A program made the position numbers and the translations under genes. This document shows, in pieces, positions 46,526-55,614 of a DNA stretch of 64,000 nt. Within the stretch, counting starts at the first letter, position 1, and each line of letters begins with the position of its first letter. The stretch comes from an uncultured Clostridia bacterium (GTDB lineage Bacteria > Bacillota > Clostridia > Christensenellales > UBA1242). The notes under the pieces were generated by a model. The model had not been told where the DNA came from, ran no database searches, and worked only from the letters and a program-made list of their open reading frames with translations. The DNA is taken from assembly GCA_934747765.1 (NCBI GenBank), contig CAKVGZ010000002.1, forward strand, positions 3,389-67,388. The letters are read 5' to 3'.

Positions 46526-48055
46526 ATGCAAAAGAAGAAACTAATCAATTATCGTCCAATGTTTTATTGCTTTCTTGCGCTGTTAGGCTCAATTCTTTTT
46601 GCTAAACATATTTTTCAAAGTGATTGGTTTTTGATCGCAATTTTCATAGTTATTGTTGCTGTGGTGACCACAGCTTTCATTGTTAGTAAGAAATTCATTG
46701 CGGGGTTATTTTTGCTACTTGCAATTTGTGTTGGACTTGCGGGCTATACAGTTGAAATGTCCGCTTTTTCAAATGAACCTTTTCATGCAACTTCCAATCT
46801 TGAAGGAAGAGTTTCAGGAAGCAGCGCAACTTATGGAAAAAATCAATATATAGTTCTCGAAGGCGTGATTGTTGATGGCAAGCCAATTTCGCAAAACATT
46901 CAGCTCAGAATTTTTGGAGCGCCTTATCTTTCAGTTGGCGATGAAATTTCACTTGTGGCAACCATAACACCAATCAGCGCACTTGATGAAAATAACAAAG
47001 TTCAAACATATGCATATAAGAACAATTGTTACTATATGGCAACAAAAAAATCTGACATAATAATTCGTGAAAACAGAAAAACAGTTTCAGAAAAAGTTCA
47101 GTGTGCTGTCAAAGAAAAGTTAAATCAAAACATGAACGAAGAGAATGCAGGAATTGCCTATGCCATGCTTTTTGGCGACAAATCCAATGTGGATTATGAA
47201 ACAAAATCGGCATATCGCACAAGTGGAATAGCCCATATTCTCGCAGTCTCCGGCTTGCACGTTGGAATTATTGTGGGCGCACTTGCTTGGATTATGAAAA
47301 AATGTAGAGCCAATCGTTGGGTTATATTAATTGTAATCACTGCCATCTTGGCCTTCTATTCATATTTGTGCAATTTCACACCTTCCGTTGTTCGTGCTTC
47401 AATCATGTCGTTTGGAGTTCTTTTCACAAATGCCATTTACAGGAGACATGACACTCTCAGCGCGTTGGGTCTTGCTGGTGTGTTAATTCTGCTTTTTCGA
47501 CCACTTTATGCATTTGACATCGGTTTTCAACTCAGTTTTGGATGCGTAATAGGAATAGTGATATTTGGAAGGAGTGTGTTCAAATTTTTAAGAAAACCAA
47601 TCAAAAAATTCGTGTTGCCAAAATGTATTGCAAGTCCACTTGCAACAACCATTTCATCCCAATTCTTGATTCTACCAATTCTTCTTTCAAACTTTGATGG
47701 CGTTTCATTTTTGACTTTGTTCATAAATCTTTTGATAATTCCAATCTTCACAGTTGCCTTTGTGATGACGTTCTTTGCAACGCCGTTGCTTTTCATATCA
47801 GATTTCTTTAAAACCTTCCTATGGTTTCCAAATATGCTTATGAATTTCATAGGCGACTGTGCAAAATTTGTTTCTAGCCAAACATGGAGCATAATTCCGC
47901 ATTACAAATTCGCTTTTGCGTCTTTTGTGTGCTTCTTTGCTTTCATGTTTGTTTGTAGTAGAATATTCTTGGCAGAAAAGAAAGTGAAATTGATAACTTC
48001 GCTTGTTTTGGCATGTTCCACAATTCTTGTTGTTGGACTTTTACAATTAACATAA
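46526..48055 (+). CDS. comEC: ComEC/Rec2-family DNA internalisation channel protein (short form)
   Basis: Polytopic protein with 'SGIAHILAVSGLHVGI', characteristic of the competence domain. Lies upstream of holA, as in Firmicutes. At 509 aa it seems to lack the C-terminal metallo-beta-lactamase domain. Confidence 0.8.
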   Translation: MQKKKLINYRPMFYCFLALLGSILFAKHIFQSDWFLIAIFIVIVAVVTTAFIVSKKFIAGLFLLLAICVGLAGYTVEMSAFSNEPFHATSNLEGRVSGSSATYGKNQYIVLEGVIVDGKPISQNIQLRIFGAPYLSVGDEISLVATITPISALDENNKVQTYAYKNNCYYMATKKSDIIIRENRKTVSEKVQCAVKEKLNQNMNEENAGIAYAMLFGDKSNVDYETKSAYRTSGIAHILAVSGLHVGIIVGALAWIMKKCRANRWVILIVITAILAFYSYLCNFTPSVVRASIMSFGVLFTNAIYRRHDTLSALGLAGVLILLFRPLYAFDIGFQLSFGCVIGIVIFGRSVFKFLRKPIKKFVLPKCIASPLATTISSQFLILPILLSNFDGVSFLTLFINLLIIPIFTVAFVMTFFATPLLFISDFFKTFLWFPNMLMNFIGDCAKFVSSQTWSIIPHYKFAFASFVCFFAFMFVCSRIFLAEKKVKLITSLVLACSTILVVGLLQLT

Positions 48056-48072
48056 AAAGGAGAAAATTAAAT

Positions 48073-49023
48073 ATGAAATTTGTTGAACTTCCTCAAACAT
48101 TAAAACAAAAGATTGAAACTCTCTACATTTTAAAAGGAGATGATTCTTTTGTTATCGACAGTGCAATAAAACATATTAATAATGCGTGCGGAAATGAAAT
48201 GCCCGACTTTAATAAAAGTTTTTTTGATAACGAAAATTTTTCAGCTCAAAAAATCTTGGAGGCATCAAACATGATGCCATTAGGAACAGATAGAAAGTTC
48301 GTTTTGATAAAACAAATTGAAAAAATTTCCGAACAAGACAAAAAATTATTAACTGAAGTTTTCGAATCAATCCCTCAATCAACAACCATCGCCATAATTT
48401 ACACTGACGCATGGAAGTTCCTTAAAGTTGGCGAAATTGTGGATTGCTCCAAACAAAGTTTTGACCTTTTAACAAAATATATAAAAGTTGAAACTTTGAA
48501 AAATAAACTTACAATTTCACCTGATGCAATCAAAACATTGATTGAAATTTGCGGATTTAATTTGACAAACATATCAAATGAACTAAAAAAACTCACTTCC
48601 TATTGCGAAAGCGAAATCACAAGCCAAGACATCTCAACTCTCGTTGACCCCGACATTGAGTTTCAAATTTTTGAATTAACAGAGAATTTAGGTTCAAAAA
48701 ATGCAACAAAGAGTTTGGAAATTCTTTCAACTTTCCTTTCACGCAAAGAACCTGTTCAAAACTTATTTTCGCTGATTGCAAATCATTTCAGACGTCTTGC
48801 ACATTCAAGTTTTTCAAATGCTCCAGCAAATGAACTTGCAAATCTTCTTGGTGTCAAAGAATATGCAATCATCAAAGCGCGACAACAATCAAAATTCTTT
48901 TCAAAAGTTCAATTAAAAAACATATTGTCAACTTTAGAAGAAATTGACAATATGATAAAAAGCGGAAAAATGGCGTCGGAAAACGCAATTTACTATTTAA
49001 TTTTCAAAATTTTATATTGTTAG
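48073..49023 (+). CDS. holA: DNA polymerase III subunit delta
   Basis: 316 aa from ATG 48073 (SD AAAAGGAGAAAA). Conserved comEC-holA synteny and an N-terminal 'YILKGDDSF' delta-like start. Sequence motifs are weak, so the call is partly positional. Confidence 0.7.
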   Translation: MKFVELPQTLKQKIETLYILKGDDSFVIDSAIKHINNACGNEMPDFNKSFFDNENFSAQKILEASNMMPLGTDRKFVLIKQIEKISEQDKKLLTEVFESIPQSTTIAIIYTDAWKFLKVGEIVDCSKQSFDLLTKYIKVETLKNKLTISPDAIKTLIEICGFNLTNISNELKKLTSYCESEITSQDISTLVDPDIEFQIFELTENLGSKNATKSLEILSTFLSRKEPVQNLFSLIANHFRRLAHSSFSNAPANELANLLGVKEYAIIKARQQSKFFSKVQLKNILSTLEEIDNMIKSGKMASENAIYYLIFKILYC

Positions 49024-49892
49024 ATGATAACAACATCATGTTTAAACCTTTGCTTTACACGTCTTGGCAAAGGTTTTTTGTTGAATAACGCCAAAATTTC
49101 TGGCATCCTTTCGATTGTTGCTCTGTAGCCTTCTTCAATCATTTCATCATAACCTTCCATTTTGGTGGATTTAAAACGTTTTGTTTCTGGCTGAATAACG
49201 ATATCTCCAAAATCATATCCGGTTTCAGCATTTTTTTTCATCAAAATTCTGATGGTGGCGCTGAGCACATCCAATATTTTTGTGGACTTTGCCCCATAGT
49301 TTCTTGAAGGATTGACATCAACTGCAACAACATAATCGCATCCAAAAAGTTTTGGAACATTTGATGGCAGAGTGTTTTGAAGCCCGCCATCACTCAGCAA
49401 TCTGTCTTGAAATTCAACAGGTTGAAAGATTGCAGGAACGGCACAACTCCCCGCAACTGCTTTTGCCAAATTGCCGTTTGTTATAACACATTCCTTTGTG
49501 GACAAAATGTCAACTGCAACAACAGCAAGCGGAATGTTGCTCTCTTTAACATCAATATCGCCAAGATTATTTCTCAAAATTTCTTCAAGACCTTCTGTTG
49601 AAGAGGGCATAAGAGGGATTTTTGACCTTCGAATATCTTTTTCTCTAAAGTTTTTTGCCATATTATACATTTGTTCGTATGACCAACCATGACTGTAAAA
49701 AGCGCCCACAAGCGAACCAGCGCTTGTTCCTGCAACAAAATCAAATTTAAGGCCATATTCTTCAAATGCTTTAATTGCGCCAAGATGTGCAAAACCTCTT
49801 GCCCCGCCTCCGCCAAGAGCAAGTCCAATTTTAACTTTTTTGTTTTTCCCAAGTTTAACTTTGCTTTTCAGTGTTTCCAAAAATTTTAACAT
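49020..49892 (-). CDS. patatin-like phospholipase
   Basis: 'GLALGGGGARGFAHLG' and 'GTSAGS' (GxSxG), with a 'DGG' Asp motif. Start taken at ATG 49892, downstream of the upstream gene's terminator. Confidence 0.88.
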   Translation of the reverse strand: MLKFLETLKSKVKLGKNKKVKIGLALGGGGARGFAHLGAIKAFEEYGLKFDFVAGTSAGSLVGAFYSHGWSYEQMYNMAKNFREKDIRRSKIPLMPSSTEGLEEILRNNLGDIDVKESNIPLAVVAVDILSTKECVITNGNLAKAVAGSCAVPAIFQPVEFQDRLLSDGGLQNTLPSNVPKLFGCDYVVAVDVNPSRNYGAKSTKILDVLSATIRILMKKNAETGYDFGDIVIQPETKRFKSTKMEGYDEMIEEGYRATIERMPEILALFNKKPLPRRVKQRFKHDVVII

Positions 49893-49930
49893 AAATATAT
49901 TATAAACTTTTTCTCTCGAAATTTGCAAAC

Positions 49931-49955
49931 AAAAAAAACCGCCAAGGCGGTTTTT
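49931..49955 (-). terminator. intrinsic terminator after the acidic repeat protein gene
   Basis: AACCGC-CAAG-GCGGTT stem followed by U8. Confidence 0.8.
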
Positions 49956-49956
49956 G

Positions 49957-51240
49957 TTATTCAGCATCTTTTTTAAGTTTAGCAATTGCTTCTTCAGTGT
50001 TTTTGATGTCTTCTTTCAAAGTTTCATTGTTGTTCATCAAGATGTTGTATGTGTTTTCCAAAATTGGGAAACGTTCTTTGTTGTTGTCCATAACTTCTTT
50101 GCAATGTTGAACTGAAAGTTTCAATCCTTCAAGAAGGTCAAGTTCTTCTGAAAGTTTTTTTGCTTTTTCTTCGTCTATGTCAGCAATATTGTTAACTCCA
50201 TAAAGAACAACTTTTTCTTTTGCAACAATTGCTTCTTTTCTTCTAAGTTTTCTTTCATCACTTTCAAGAGTTTTGCTTACTTTTCTAAGTGGAATATACT
50301 CTTTTTTAACTTTTCTAAGTTCTTTATCGTTGTTTGCAAGTCTTTCTTTCAAAGTTTCAAGTCTTGCTTCGTGTTCTTCAAGACTGAGCGAAGCTCCTGT
50401 TGCAGTTTCTTTTCCTTCAAGTTCTTTTGAAAGTTCACTGTTTTTAGCTTGAAGTTCAGCGATTTCTTGTTCAAATTTTGCCTTCAATTCAGCAAGTTTG
50501 TCATCTTCTTCTTGAGCGACTTCTTGCTGTCCTTCTTGTTCACCCAATTCAATAACCCCAGTTTCTGTTGGAACTGTTTCTGGATTTTCAAGTTGCATTT
50601 CTTCTTGACCAACAAGTGGTTCTTCGTCGTTGAAAACATTTATATCATCGTCGCCAAAGAAAAGGTTTTCAATTTCGCTGTCGTTGCCATCAAGTTGATG
50701 TTGACGTCTTTCTTCAATTTCACGAAGCATGTTTTGTCTGTATTTTTCTTCTTCAGCTCTAAGTTCGTCAACTTCTTCTTGGTTTTCTTCAACAACTGGT
50801 TCTTCTGTTTGTTCAGTTTCTTCAACTGGAGTTTCAACAACTTCTTCGATTGGCTCTTCAACTGGTTCTTCAATTGGTGCTTCAACTTCTTCAACAGGTT
50901 CTTGGATTTCTTCTTGAACTGGTTCTTCAACTGGTGCTGGAACTGCAATAACTTCTTCTTGCTTTGGTTGTTCTGCTTTGAAGTTGGTTGCAACAGGTTC
51001 ATCTTTATATTCAAGTTCCTTAACTTCTTCATTTGGAGCTTGAAGTTGTTTCACTTCTTCTTTTTCCTTAGTTTCAGATTTTTCTGCGTTTTTCCTCTTG
51101 TGTCCGAAGCGAACATAATTAGGATCTAAAATCGAAAGAACAATATCTCCTAAGAAGAAAATAACAAATCCTCCAACTACAATAATGCCAATAATTGCCA
51201 AAACTTGCAAAAATGCATTAACAAATCCTAAAAACATCAT
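49957..51240 (-). CDS. membrane-anchored acidic repeat / coiled-coil protein (427 aa)
   Basis: N-terminal TM segment, E/P/V-rich repeats (EEPVEE variants), then a long coiled coil. The antisense 226-aa ORF is a low-complexity shadow. Confidence 0.65.
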   Translation of the reverse strand: MMFLGFVNAFLQVLAIIGIIVVGGFVIFFLGDIVLSILDPNYVRFGHKRKNAEKSETKEKEEVKQLQAPNEEVKELEYKDEPVATNFKAEQPKQEEVIAVPAPVEEPVQEEIQEPVEEVEAPIEEPVEEPIEEVVETPVEETEQTEEPVVEENQEEVDELRAEEEKYRQNMLREIEERRQHQLDGNDSEIENLFFGDDDINVFNDEEPLVGQEEMQLENPETVPTETGVIELGEQEGQQEVAQEEDDKLAELKAKFEQEIAELQAKNSELSKELEGKETATGASLSLEEHEARLETLKERLANNDKELRKVKKEYIPLRKVSKTLESDERKLRRKEAIVAKEKVVLYGVNNIADIDEEKAKKLSEELDLLEGLKLSVQHCKEVMDNNKERFPILENTYNILMNNNETLKEDIKNTEEAIAKLKKDAE

Positions 51241-51272
51241 AACTATAATACCTCACTTTTGTTTTTAAAAAT

Positions 51273-51622
51273 TGGTGGAGACGGTGGGAGTTGAACCCAC
51301 GTCCGAAAAAGCATGAACGGCTTTTCTACGTGTTTAGTTCATTTGAGACTTTCATTTTAATGCACATAATGAACAAATGTGAATCAAACTAGTCTTTTTT
51401 TTGTCGTTTCAGTGTCCAAAGACAAAACACTGAACGTTCCCCACGTTTTTGATGCCCGCTAGCGAATTTGTGGGAGAACTCGCTCGGACAGTTGCCAACT
51501 AAGCAACAACAGCAAGATTTTGATTATCTGCGTTTAATTTAGTTTTTTCGTTTTAAGGTAACCGACTACCACACGCTTTGCACCCCTCAAAAGCATTCCC
51601 CGTCGAAACCATTTACGCCCCC
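51273..51622 (-). ncRNA. ssrA: tmRNA (SsrA)
   Basis: 5' end GGGGGCGUAAAUGGUUUCGACGGGG and 3' end GGGUUCAACUCCCACCGUCUCCACCA. The inferred tag frame GCA GAU AAU CAA AAU CUU GCU GUU GUU GCU UAG encodes ADNQNLAVVA. Lies 18 nt downstream of smpB. Confidence 0.92.
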
Positions 51623-51640
51623 ATGACGAAATTGGTTCTC

Positions 51641-52096
51641 CTACCTGCCAACCCTGAAATTTTTGCTGACTGCGTCAATTTCACGTTTGGCGGATTTTTC
51701 TTTTAAAGTTTCGCGTTTGTCGAAAAGTTTTTTTCCTTTTCCAATTCCAATCTCAACTTTAACAAGATTGCCTTTAAAGTATACCCTAAGTGGAACAATT
51801 GTCAACCCCTTTTCTGAAACTTTTTGTCTCAAACGAGATATTTCAGTTCGCTTTAATAGAAGTTTTCTTGTTCTTTTAACGTCAGGAGCATAAGAAGAAG
51901 TTTTCTCAAAAGGTTTAATGTAGCAATTAACCAAAAAAACCTCATTGCCGATTATCTTAACATAACTTTCGTTAAGGCTAATTCCTCCGGCTCTAATCGA
52001 TTTAACTTCGCTTCCTTCAAGGGAAATTCCTGCTTCAAGATTGTCAGAAATGAAATAGTCAAAGTACGCTTTTTTATTATTTGCAATAATTTTCAT
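51641..52096 (-). CDS. smpB: SsrA-binding protein SmpB
   Basis: 'NKKAYFDYFI...EAGI.L.GSEVKS' and a C-terminal basic tail. Confidence 0.95.
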   Translation of the reverse strand: MKIIANNKKAYFDYFISDNLEAGISLEGSEVKSIRAGGISLNESYVKIIGNEVFLVNCYIKPFEKTSSYAPDVKRTRKLLLKRTEISRLRQKVSEKGLTIVPLRVYFKGNLVKVEIGIGKGKKLFDKRETLKEKSAKREIDAVSKNFRVGR

Positions 52097-52184
52097 TTCT
52101 CCTCCATTATATCATCAAAATTTAACAAATCAAGAGCTAATTTTAAAAAATCGCGATTTTTTCGCAATTTTTTTATGTTTTTAA

Positions 52185-54437
52185 TCATTCGCAAAGCAAA
52201 AAATCAATTCTTCGTGTTTCAACATTTGCCGAAATAACTTTAATCTTTATGTTTTGCCCAATTGAAAATTTTCGTTTTTTGCCTTTTAAAACAAATTTTC
52301 TTTCATCGTAATTATAGTCATCTGGTGGAAGGGTTTCAATTTTTATTAACCCTTCAATTGTGTTTTCAAGCTCAACAAAAATTCCAAAACTTGAAATCCC
52401 AGAAATTCTTCCTTCGTAAACTTCTCCAATTTTGTTTTCCATGAACTTGGCTTTGAATAAGTCGTCTGCTTGGCGCTCCGCTTCATCCGCTTTTCTTTCA
52501 CGTTCACTCGATTGGAAAGCACTGTCGATAACAAACTCTTCAAGGTCATAATTCCCTTTGAAAAGTTTTCTTATTTGAGGCGTGTTCATTTGTTCACTTG
52601 TTAATATATTCGATTTGCAAACTGAAAGTGCCTTTTTTATGATTCTGTGAATTGTGAGGTCTGGATATCGTCTGATTGGCGAAGTGAAATGGCAGTAATA
52701 TTGAAGAGCCAGCCCAAAATGCCCCAAACATTCTTCCGCATAAATGGCCTTTTCAAGAGCTCTCAAAACCAGCATGCTTCCAACTTCCGCAAAGTCGGTT
52801 TTCTTAACTTGTTCCAAAACATATTGAATATATTTGGCATCAATGTGTTTGCTTTGTTTTATGTCAACTCCAAATTCGTTCAAAACTTCAACAACTTCTT
52901 GAACCCTAATTTTTGAAGGCTCACCATGAATTCTGTAAACAAATGGAACATCAAGTTTACAAAATGCTTCGGCCACAACTCTGTTTGCAAGAACCATAAA
53001 GTTTTCAATGAGCTTGTAAGCATCATTTCTTTCTCTTTTTCTTATGTCCAAAATGTTGTTTCCGTCCATATCAAAATATGTTTCGGAAAGCTCAAGATCC
53101 AAAGCTCCCGCGTGATGCCGTGCATTTCCAAGTTTTGCACTCAGTTGATTCATGTCCAAAAGCATCTCAATTGCTTTTTTGCTTAAACTGCCATTTTGCA
53201 AAAATCTTTTAACTTCTTCAGGTGTCAACACTTTGCTTTCTTCAGTGTTTAATTTGTCGCCCAAAATGTTTTGAACTTGTGTGTAAGTCAAACGATATGA
53301 ACTTTTGATTACACTTTCATAAATCCGATATGAAACAACTTCGGCAAACTTGTTAAGTCTAACTTCAACAGTAAGCGCCAATTTCTCTTCGTTTGGATTC
53401 AGCGAACATAAATCGTTAGAAAGTCTTTTTGGAAGCATAGGATAAACACGGCCAGGAAAGTACACACTTGTTCCGCGCATATATGCTTCCTTGTCTATTT
53501 CACTTTTATATTTAACATAGTTGCCAACATCAGCAATGTGAATTCCAAGCACATATTCATTGCCATCTTTCTCAAGACTTATGGCATCGTCCAAATCTTT
53601 TGCATCCGCGCCGTCAATTGTGACAATAAGTTTGCCAGTTAAATCAACTCTTCGTCTTTTTTCTTTTTCAAAATCGGTCGTTAAATTCTCCGCTTCAGCC
53701 AAAACTTTTTCAGGAAAAACCTCAGGAATTTGATTTTCCACCATAATGGCCTTTATCCCCTGTTCTATGTCATCTCCTTTAACAATTTCGGCAACTTTTC
53801 CAACTGGAAGAGAACATTTTGCTCCTTCAGGTTGAAAAGTTAATGTGGCAGAAACCTTGTCGCCTTCTTTTGCCTCGCCAATATCTCTTGAAGGAATTAA
53901 CACAGGCTTTGAAAATCTGACGTTGTCAGGAATAACAAAATAGTTGTCACTGTCAAGCCTGTGACCTTTGTAAATTGAATTGTTGCCCCTGATAAGTTTT
54001 CCAACAACACTTTTATTTCCGCGCTTCAAAATTTTAACAACACTTCCGCTGTCCTTCCCTTCCAGTCTGAAAAGAACTTCATCTCCGTCAAATGCACCAA
54101 AAAGCATGCTTGCCGGAACAAACACATCTTCCCTTTGGCTTTTTTTATATTCAAACCCTTGATGTCCTTCACGCTTTGGAGAAATGAACGCAAATCCTTT
54201 TGGATTTCCGCAAACAGTTCCTTTTGAGAGTTTTAAAGAACAAGGTGCAACAAGTTTTCGTTTATGGTCTTCAACAAGTTCTCCATCAAGAATCATTTTG
54301 TTAACACATTTTGCAATGTTGTCAACTGGTTCACCCAACTTTTCCGAGAGTTTTGAAAAAAGTTGTCCATAAGATTTGTAGTCAATGTTTTCGTTTTTTA
54401 TTTCAAAAAAAATTTGTTCGTGAAGTTTCATGAACAA
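52185..54437 (-). CDS. rnr: ribonuclease R
   Basis: RNB motif 'TIDGADAKDLDDAISL' and a C-terminal S1 domain 'GEVYEGRISGISSFGIFVEL'. The likely true start is ATG 54431, 6 nt after TGT-TAAAAT (leaderless). Confidence 0.93.
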   Translation of the reverse strand: MFMKLHEQIFFEIKNENIDYKSYGQLFSKLSEKLGEPVDNIAKCVNKMILDGELVEDHKRKLVAPCSLKLSKGTVCGNPKGFAFISPKREGHQGFEYKKSQREDVFVPASMLFGAFDGDEVLFRLEGKDSGSVVKILKRGNKSVVGKLIRGNNSIYKGHRLDSDNYFVIPDNVRFSKPVLIPSRDIGEAKEGDKVSATLTFQPEGAKCSLPVGKVAEIVKGDDIEQGIKAIMVENQIPEVFPEKVLAEAENLTTDFEKEKRRRVDLTGKLIVTIDGADAKDLDDAISLEKDGNEYVLGIHIADVGNYVKYKSEIDKEAYMRGTSVYFPGRVYPMLPKRLSNDLCSLNPNEEKLALTVEVRLNKFAEVVSYRIYESVIKSSYRLTYTQVQNILGDKLNTEESKVLTPEEVKRFLQNGSLSKKAIEMLLDMNQLSAKLGNARHHAGALDLELSETYFDMDGNNILDIRKRERNDAYKLIENFMVLANRVVAEAFCKLDVPFVYRIHGEPSKIRVQEVVEVLNEFGVDIKQSKHIDAKYIQYVLEQVKKTDFAEVGSMLVLRALEKAIYAEECLGHFGLALQYYCHFTSPIRRYPDLTIHRIIKKALSVCKSNILTSEQMNTPQIRKLFKGNYDLEEFVIDSAFQSSERERKADEAERQADDLFKAKFMENKIGEVYEGRISGISSFGIFVELENTIEGLIKIETLPPDDYNYDERKFVLKGKKRKFSIGQNIKIKVISANVETRRIDFLLCE

Positions 54438-54467
54438 ATTTTAACACATTATTTTATTTTATCAAAA

Positions 54468-54764
54468 TTAAAAAGCGTTTTGAACAACAATTGTGATGAA
54501 GAAAAGAAGAATTGCAATTCCAATTATTGATGCAAAAGCAATTGTAAGTTTTTTCAAAATTCCTTCGCGAGTTTTCCCTTTATTTTGAGAATAATAACTT
54601 TCTTGAACTCCGGTGATAACATTATTTCCGCCTTCTTTTGTGTCTTGCATAATTGTGACAACAATAAGTGCAATTGCCGAAAGAGCAACAATTCCCACCA
54701 AAACATATCTAATAATTGGGAATGATGTGGCAATCCAACTTGGAATTAATCCTAATAATTTCAT
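54468..54764 (-). CDS. secG: preprotein translocase subunit SecG
   Basis: Two TM segments flanking 'QDTKEGG...'. Classic secG-rnr-smpB neighbourhood. Confidence 0.75.
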   Translation of the reverse strand: MKLLGLIPSWIATSFPIIRYVLVGIVALSAIALIVVTIMQDTKEGGNNVITGVQESYYSQNKGKTREGILKKLTIAFASIIGIAILLFFITIVVQNAF

Positions 54765-54820
54765 AAAATCTCCTTAAACTAAGAAAGTATAGCACATTAA
54801 ATTGTTTTTGCAAACAATTT

Positions 54821-55066
54821 TTAAGCAAATGTTGCGCAAGCAACAAAAGCCGTCAATCCTCCAAGGAGAATTGCAAAAATCAAAGGCATGATTCTTAATT
54901 TGTTTTTGTCAGCACTGAAAGTTGGTTTCAAGAAACGAATAAAGCAAAGCAAACACATAATTGCAAGAAGAGCAACTATAAGTGAGGTCACTGTTGTGCT
55001 CAATCCTTTAAAAAATTTTGAGATTGAATCCCACCAATCGTTCAAAAAACTGCCTAAAAATTCCAT
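54821..55066 (-). CDS. hypothetical small membrane protein (81 aa)
   Basis: Two TM segments. SD TAGGAGATG. Confidence 0.5.
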   Translation of the reverse strand: MEFLGSFLNDWWDSISKFFKGLSTTVTSLIVALLAIMCLLCFIRFLKPTFSADKNKLRIMPLIFAILLGGLTAFVACATFA

Positions 55067-55202
55067 CTTGCATCTCCTAAACTATTTTTCGAGAAAATTA
55101 TATAATAAAAAAGTGAAAATTGCAAGATAATTTTAAAAAAAAGGTATTGACAAACGGTGAATTATAAGTTAAAATCAAGTCAAAAGAAAAGGAGAGAATA
55201 AA

Positions 55203-55577
55203 ATGGCTAATTACAAAGATGCATTATTTAAAATTGAAACCCATAAAATTTATGAGGAGGGTTCAAAAGAATACAATATTAAATCAAACTTGGCAACCAA
55301 ATGCTTAAGCAAGTTTCAAAACGTTTCATTGGATGTACCTTTATACGTTTCTTATCTGCTTTTATATGAAGTTAATGGGCTTGTGAAAGTTGACTGGAAT
55401 AAATTCTTAACAATTGATGCAACTCCAGTTAATACGGAAGCTTTATCTAAAGCTGCAAAAGAAACAATTATATCCATTGAACAATATAACCCAGATGCTA
55501 CGAAAAGAATTTGCAAAGATTTAAGATTTCATCGTTTTCAAGATACAATAAAAGTTAGCGACACACAACAAGAATAA
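55203..55577 (+). CDS. hypothetical protein (124 aa)
   Basis: Promoter TTGACA, 17 nt spacer, TAAAAT, plus SD AAAAGGAGAG. No motif recognised. Confidence 0.55.
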   Translation: MANYKDALFKIETHKIYEEGSKEYNIKSNLATKCLSKFQNVSLDVPLYVSYLLLYEVNGLVKVDWNKFLTIDATPVNTEALSKAAKETIISIEQYNPDATKRICKDLRFHRFQDTIKVSDTQQE

Positions 55578-55578
55578 T

Positions 55579-55610
55579 AAAAAAAATTGAGATTGATCTC
55601 AATTTTTTTA
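55579..55610. terminator. bidirectional intrinsic terminator
   Basis: TTGAGA-TTGA-TCTCAA stem flanked by an A-run and a T-run. Confidence 0.7.
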
Positions 55611-55614
55611 TTAT

